Shown: piece by piece, positions 1-476 of the stretch | Position numbering within the stretch: position 1 is the stretch's first letter | Layout of the letters: each line of letters begins with the position of its first letter | Assembly (NCBI RefSeq): GCF_003334385.1 | Contig: NZ_QOWN01000176.1 | Direction: 5' to 3' (one strand) | Origin: Escherichia coli | GTDB lineage: Bacteria; Pseudomonadota; Gammaproteobacteria; Enterobacterales; Enterobacteriaceae | DNA length: 476 bases | Position numbers and translations under genes: made by a program | Notes under the pieces: model-generated | Seen by the model: only the letters and a program-made list of their open reading frames with translations | What the model was told of the DNA's origin: nothing | Databases searched by the model: none

Positions 1-107
1 TCAACCGGCCCTTCGCTGATGGCATCGATCACACTCAGCAACTGCGTGGACTTCAGGTTGTCCTTCGCTTCGCGCGGGGTATGCCCCTTACTGCTTCCTT
101 TACCCAT
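1..107 (-). CDS. J: Tip attachment / host specificity protein J (central tail fibre), N-terminal 35 codons only; gene continues beyond position 1
   Basis: Hand translation of the minus strand from ATG (complement of 105..107) gives MGKGSSKGHTPREAKDNLKSTQLLSVIDAISEGPV with no stop before the window edge. This matches the N-terminus of lambda gpJ as I recall it. It lies directly downstream of gene I with a 60-nt spacer, as in lambda, and is preceded by GGAG with an 8-nt spacer. It is absent from the ORF track because it is truncated by the window. Confidence 0.85.
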   Translation of the reverse strand, partial: MGKGSSKGHTPREAKDNLKSTQLLSVIDAISEGPV

Positions 108-119
108 TCCTCACGCTCC
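108..119 (-). promoter_or_regulatory. Ribosome-binding site (Shine-Dalgarno) for J
   Basis: Minus-strand sequence immediately upstream of the J ATG reads TGGAGCGTGAGGA-ATG. GGAG (complement of 116..119) sits 8 nt before the ATG, which is good spacing; a second purine-rich GAGGA abuts the start codon. Confidence 0.6.
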
Positions 120-120
120 A

Positions 121-149
121 TAAATGACAAAACCGCCCGCAGGCGGTTT
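121..149 (-). other. Intergenic stem-loop followed by a U-rich tract on the sense strand (candidate weak intrinsic terminator or mRNA structural element between I and J)
   Basis: Perfect inverted repeat: 130..137 aaaccgcc and 142..149 ggcggttt, with a 4-nt loop at 138..141. On the minus (sense) strand this reads AAACCGCC-TGCG-GGCGGTTT followed by TGTCATTTA, i.e. a 5-bp GC core extended by A-U pairs, then an interrupted U-tract (complement of 121..129). Confidence 0.4.
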
Positions 150-167
150 CACATAAAACATTTTGCA

Positions 168-476
168 TCAGCGACCAATCACCACAACCTGACCACCGTC
201 CCCTTCGTCTGCCGTGCTGATCTCCTGAGAAACCACGCGTGACCCCACGCGCATTTCCCCGTACAGAACAGGCAGAACATTGCCCTGGGCAACCATGTTA
301 TCCAGTGAGGAGAAATAGGTGTTCTGCTTACCGTTATCCGTTGTCTGTGTACGGGGAGTTCTGGCTTTCGGTGCCAGCATCTGCGCCACACCACCGAGCA
401 CCATACTGGCACCGAGAGAAAACAGGATGCCGGTCATACCACCGGCCCCAATGGCTGCCCCCCATGCTGCAAGGGT
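168..476 (-). CDS. I: Tail assembly protein I (lambda gpI-like), C-terminal 102 codons plus stop; 5' end lies beyond position 476
   Basis: The 89-aa ORF in the track (MTGILFSLGASMVLGGVAQMLAPKARTPRTQTTDNGKQNTYFSSLDNMVAQGNVLPVLYGEMRVGSRVVSQEISTADEGDGGQVVVIGR) matches the C-terminus of lambda gpI as I recall it. The same frame stays open upstream of the ATG at 435..437 to the window edge, encoding ...TLAAWGAAIGAGG before MTGIL, so that ATG is an internal Met and not the true start. Stop codon TGA is the complement of 168..170. Confidence 0.92.
   Translation of the reverse strand, partial: TLAAWGAAIGAGGMTGILFSLGASMVLGGVAQMLAPKARTPRTQTTDNGKQNTYFSSLDNMVAQGNVLPVLYGEMRVGSRVVSQEISTADEGDGGQVVVIGR

Noticed and set aside
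108-167. Possible sigma70 promoter for J in the spacer
   Set aside because: No convincing -35/-10 pair with proper spacing on the minus strand. In lambdoid phages J is expressed from the late-operon transcript, so an internal promoter is not expected.
81-242. Plus-strand ORF of 53 codons (ATG at 81..83, stop at 240..242), antisense to the J start, the spacer and the I 3' end
   Set aside because: It is short and antisense to two well-supported genes, has no convincing Shine-Dalgarno site, and its translation is low-complexity with no recognisable product. Most likely a chance ORF.
179-412. 77-aa minus-strand ORF from the track (MPVWCSVVWRRCWHRK...)
   Set aside because: It lies entirely inside the gene I coding region in a different frame, begins with GTG and not ATG (complement of 410..412), has no RBS, and has the W/C/R-rich composition typical of off-frame translation. 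The overlapping gpI frame has strong homology support.
402-437. In-frame ATGs at 435..437 and 402..404 (minus strand) as possible gene I starts
   Set aside because: The reading frame stays open upstream to the window edge and encodes sequence continuous with gpI, so these are internal methionines.
1-476. CRISPR arrays, tandem repeats, tRNA or mobile-element ends
   Set aside because: No direct repeats, no tRNA-like structure and no terminal inverted repeats beyond the single 8-bp hairpin; the window is almost entirely coding.

Overview
This 476-bp window is the junction of two tail-tip genes of a phage-lambda-like (lambdoid) siphovirus, both on the minus strand: the 3' part of tail assembly protein I (168..476, 5' end outside the window) and the first 35 codons of tip attachment/host-specificity protein J (1..107, continues past position 1). 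The 60-nt spacer between them (108..167) holds a Shine-Dalgarno site for J and a perfect 8-bp stem-loop. Gene order, orientation, spacer length and translated sequence all match the lambda I-J region as I remember it, so this is phage lambda itself or a near-identical E. coli/Shigella-type prophage. I see no evidence of a novel or undescribed system here; it is a well-characterised structural-gene junction. The findings below are modest: an annotation correction, an intergenic RNA structure and a hydrophobic segment in gpI. Identity to lambda is from memory and should be confirmed by alignment.
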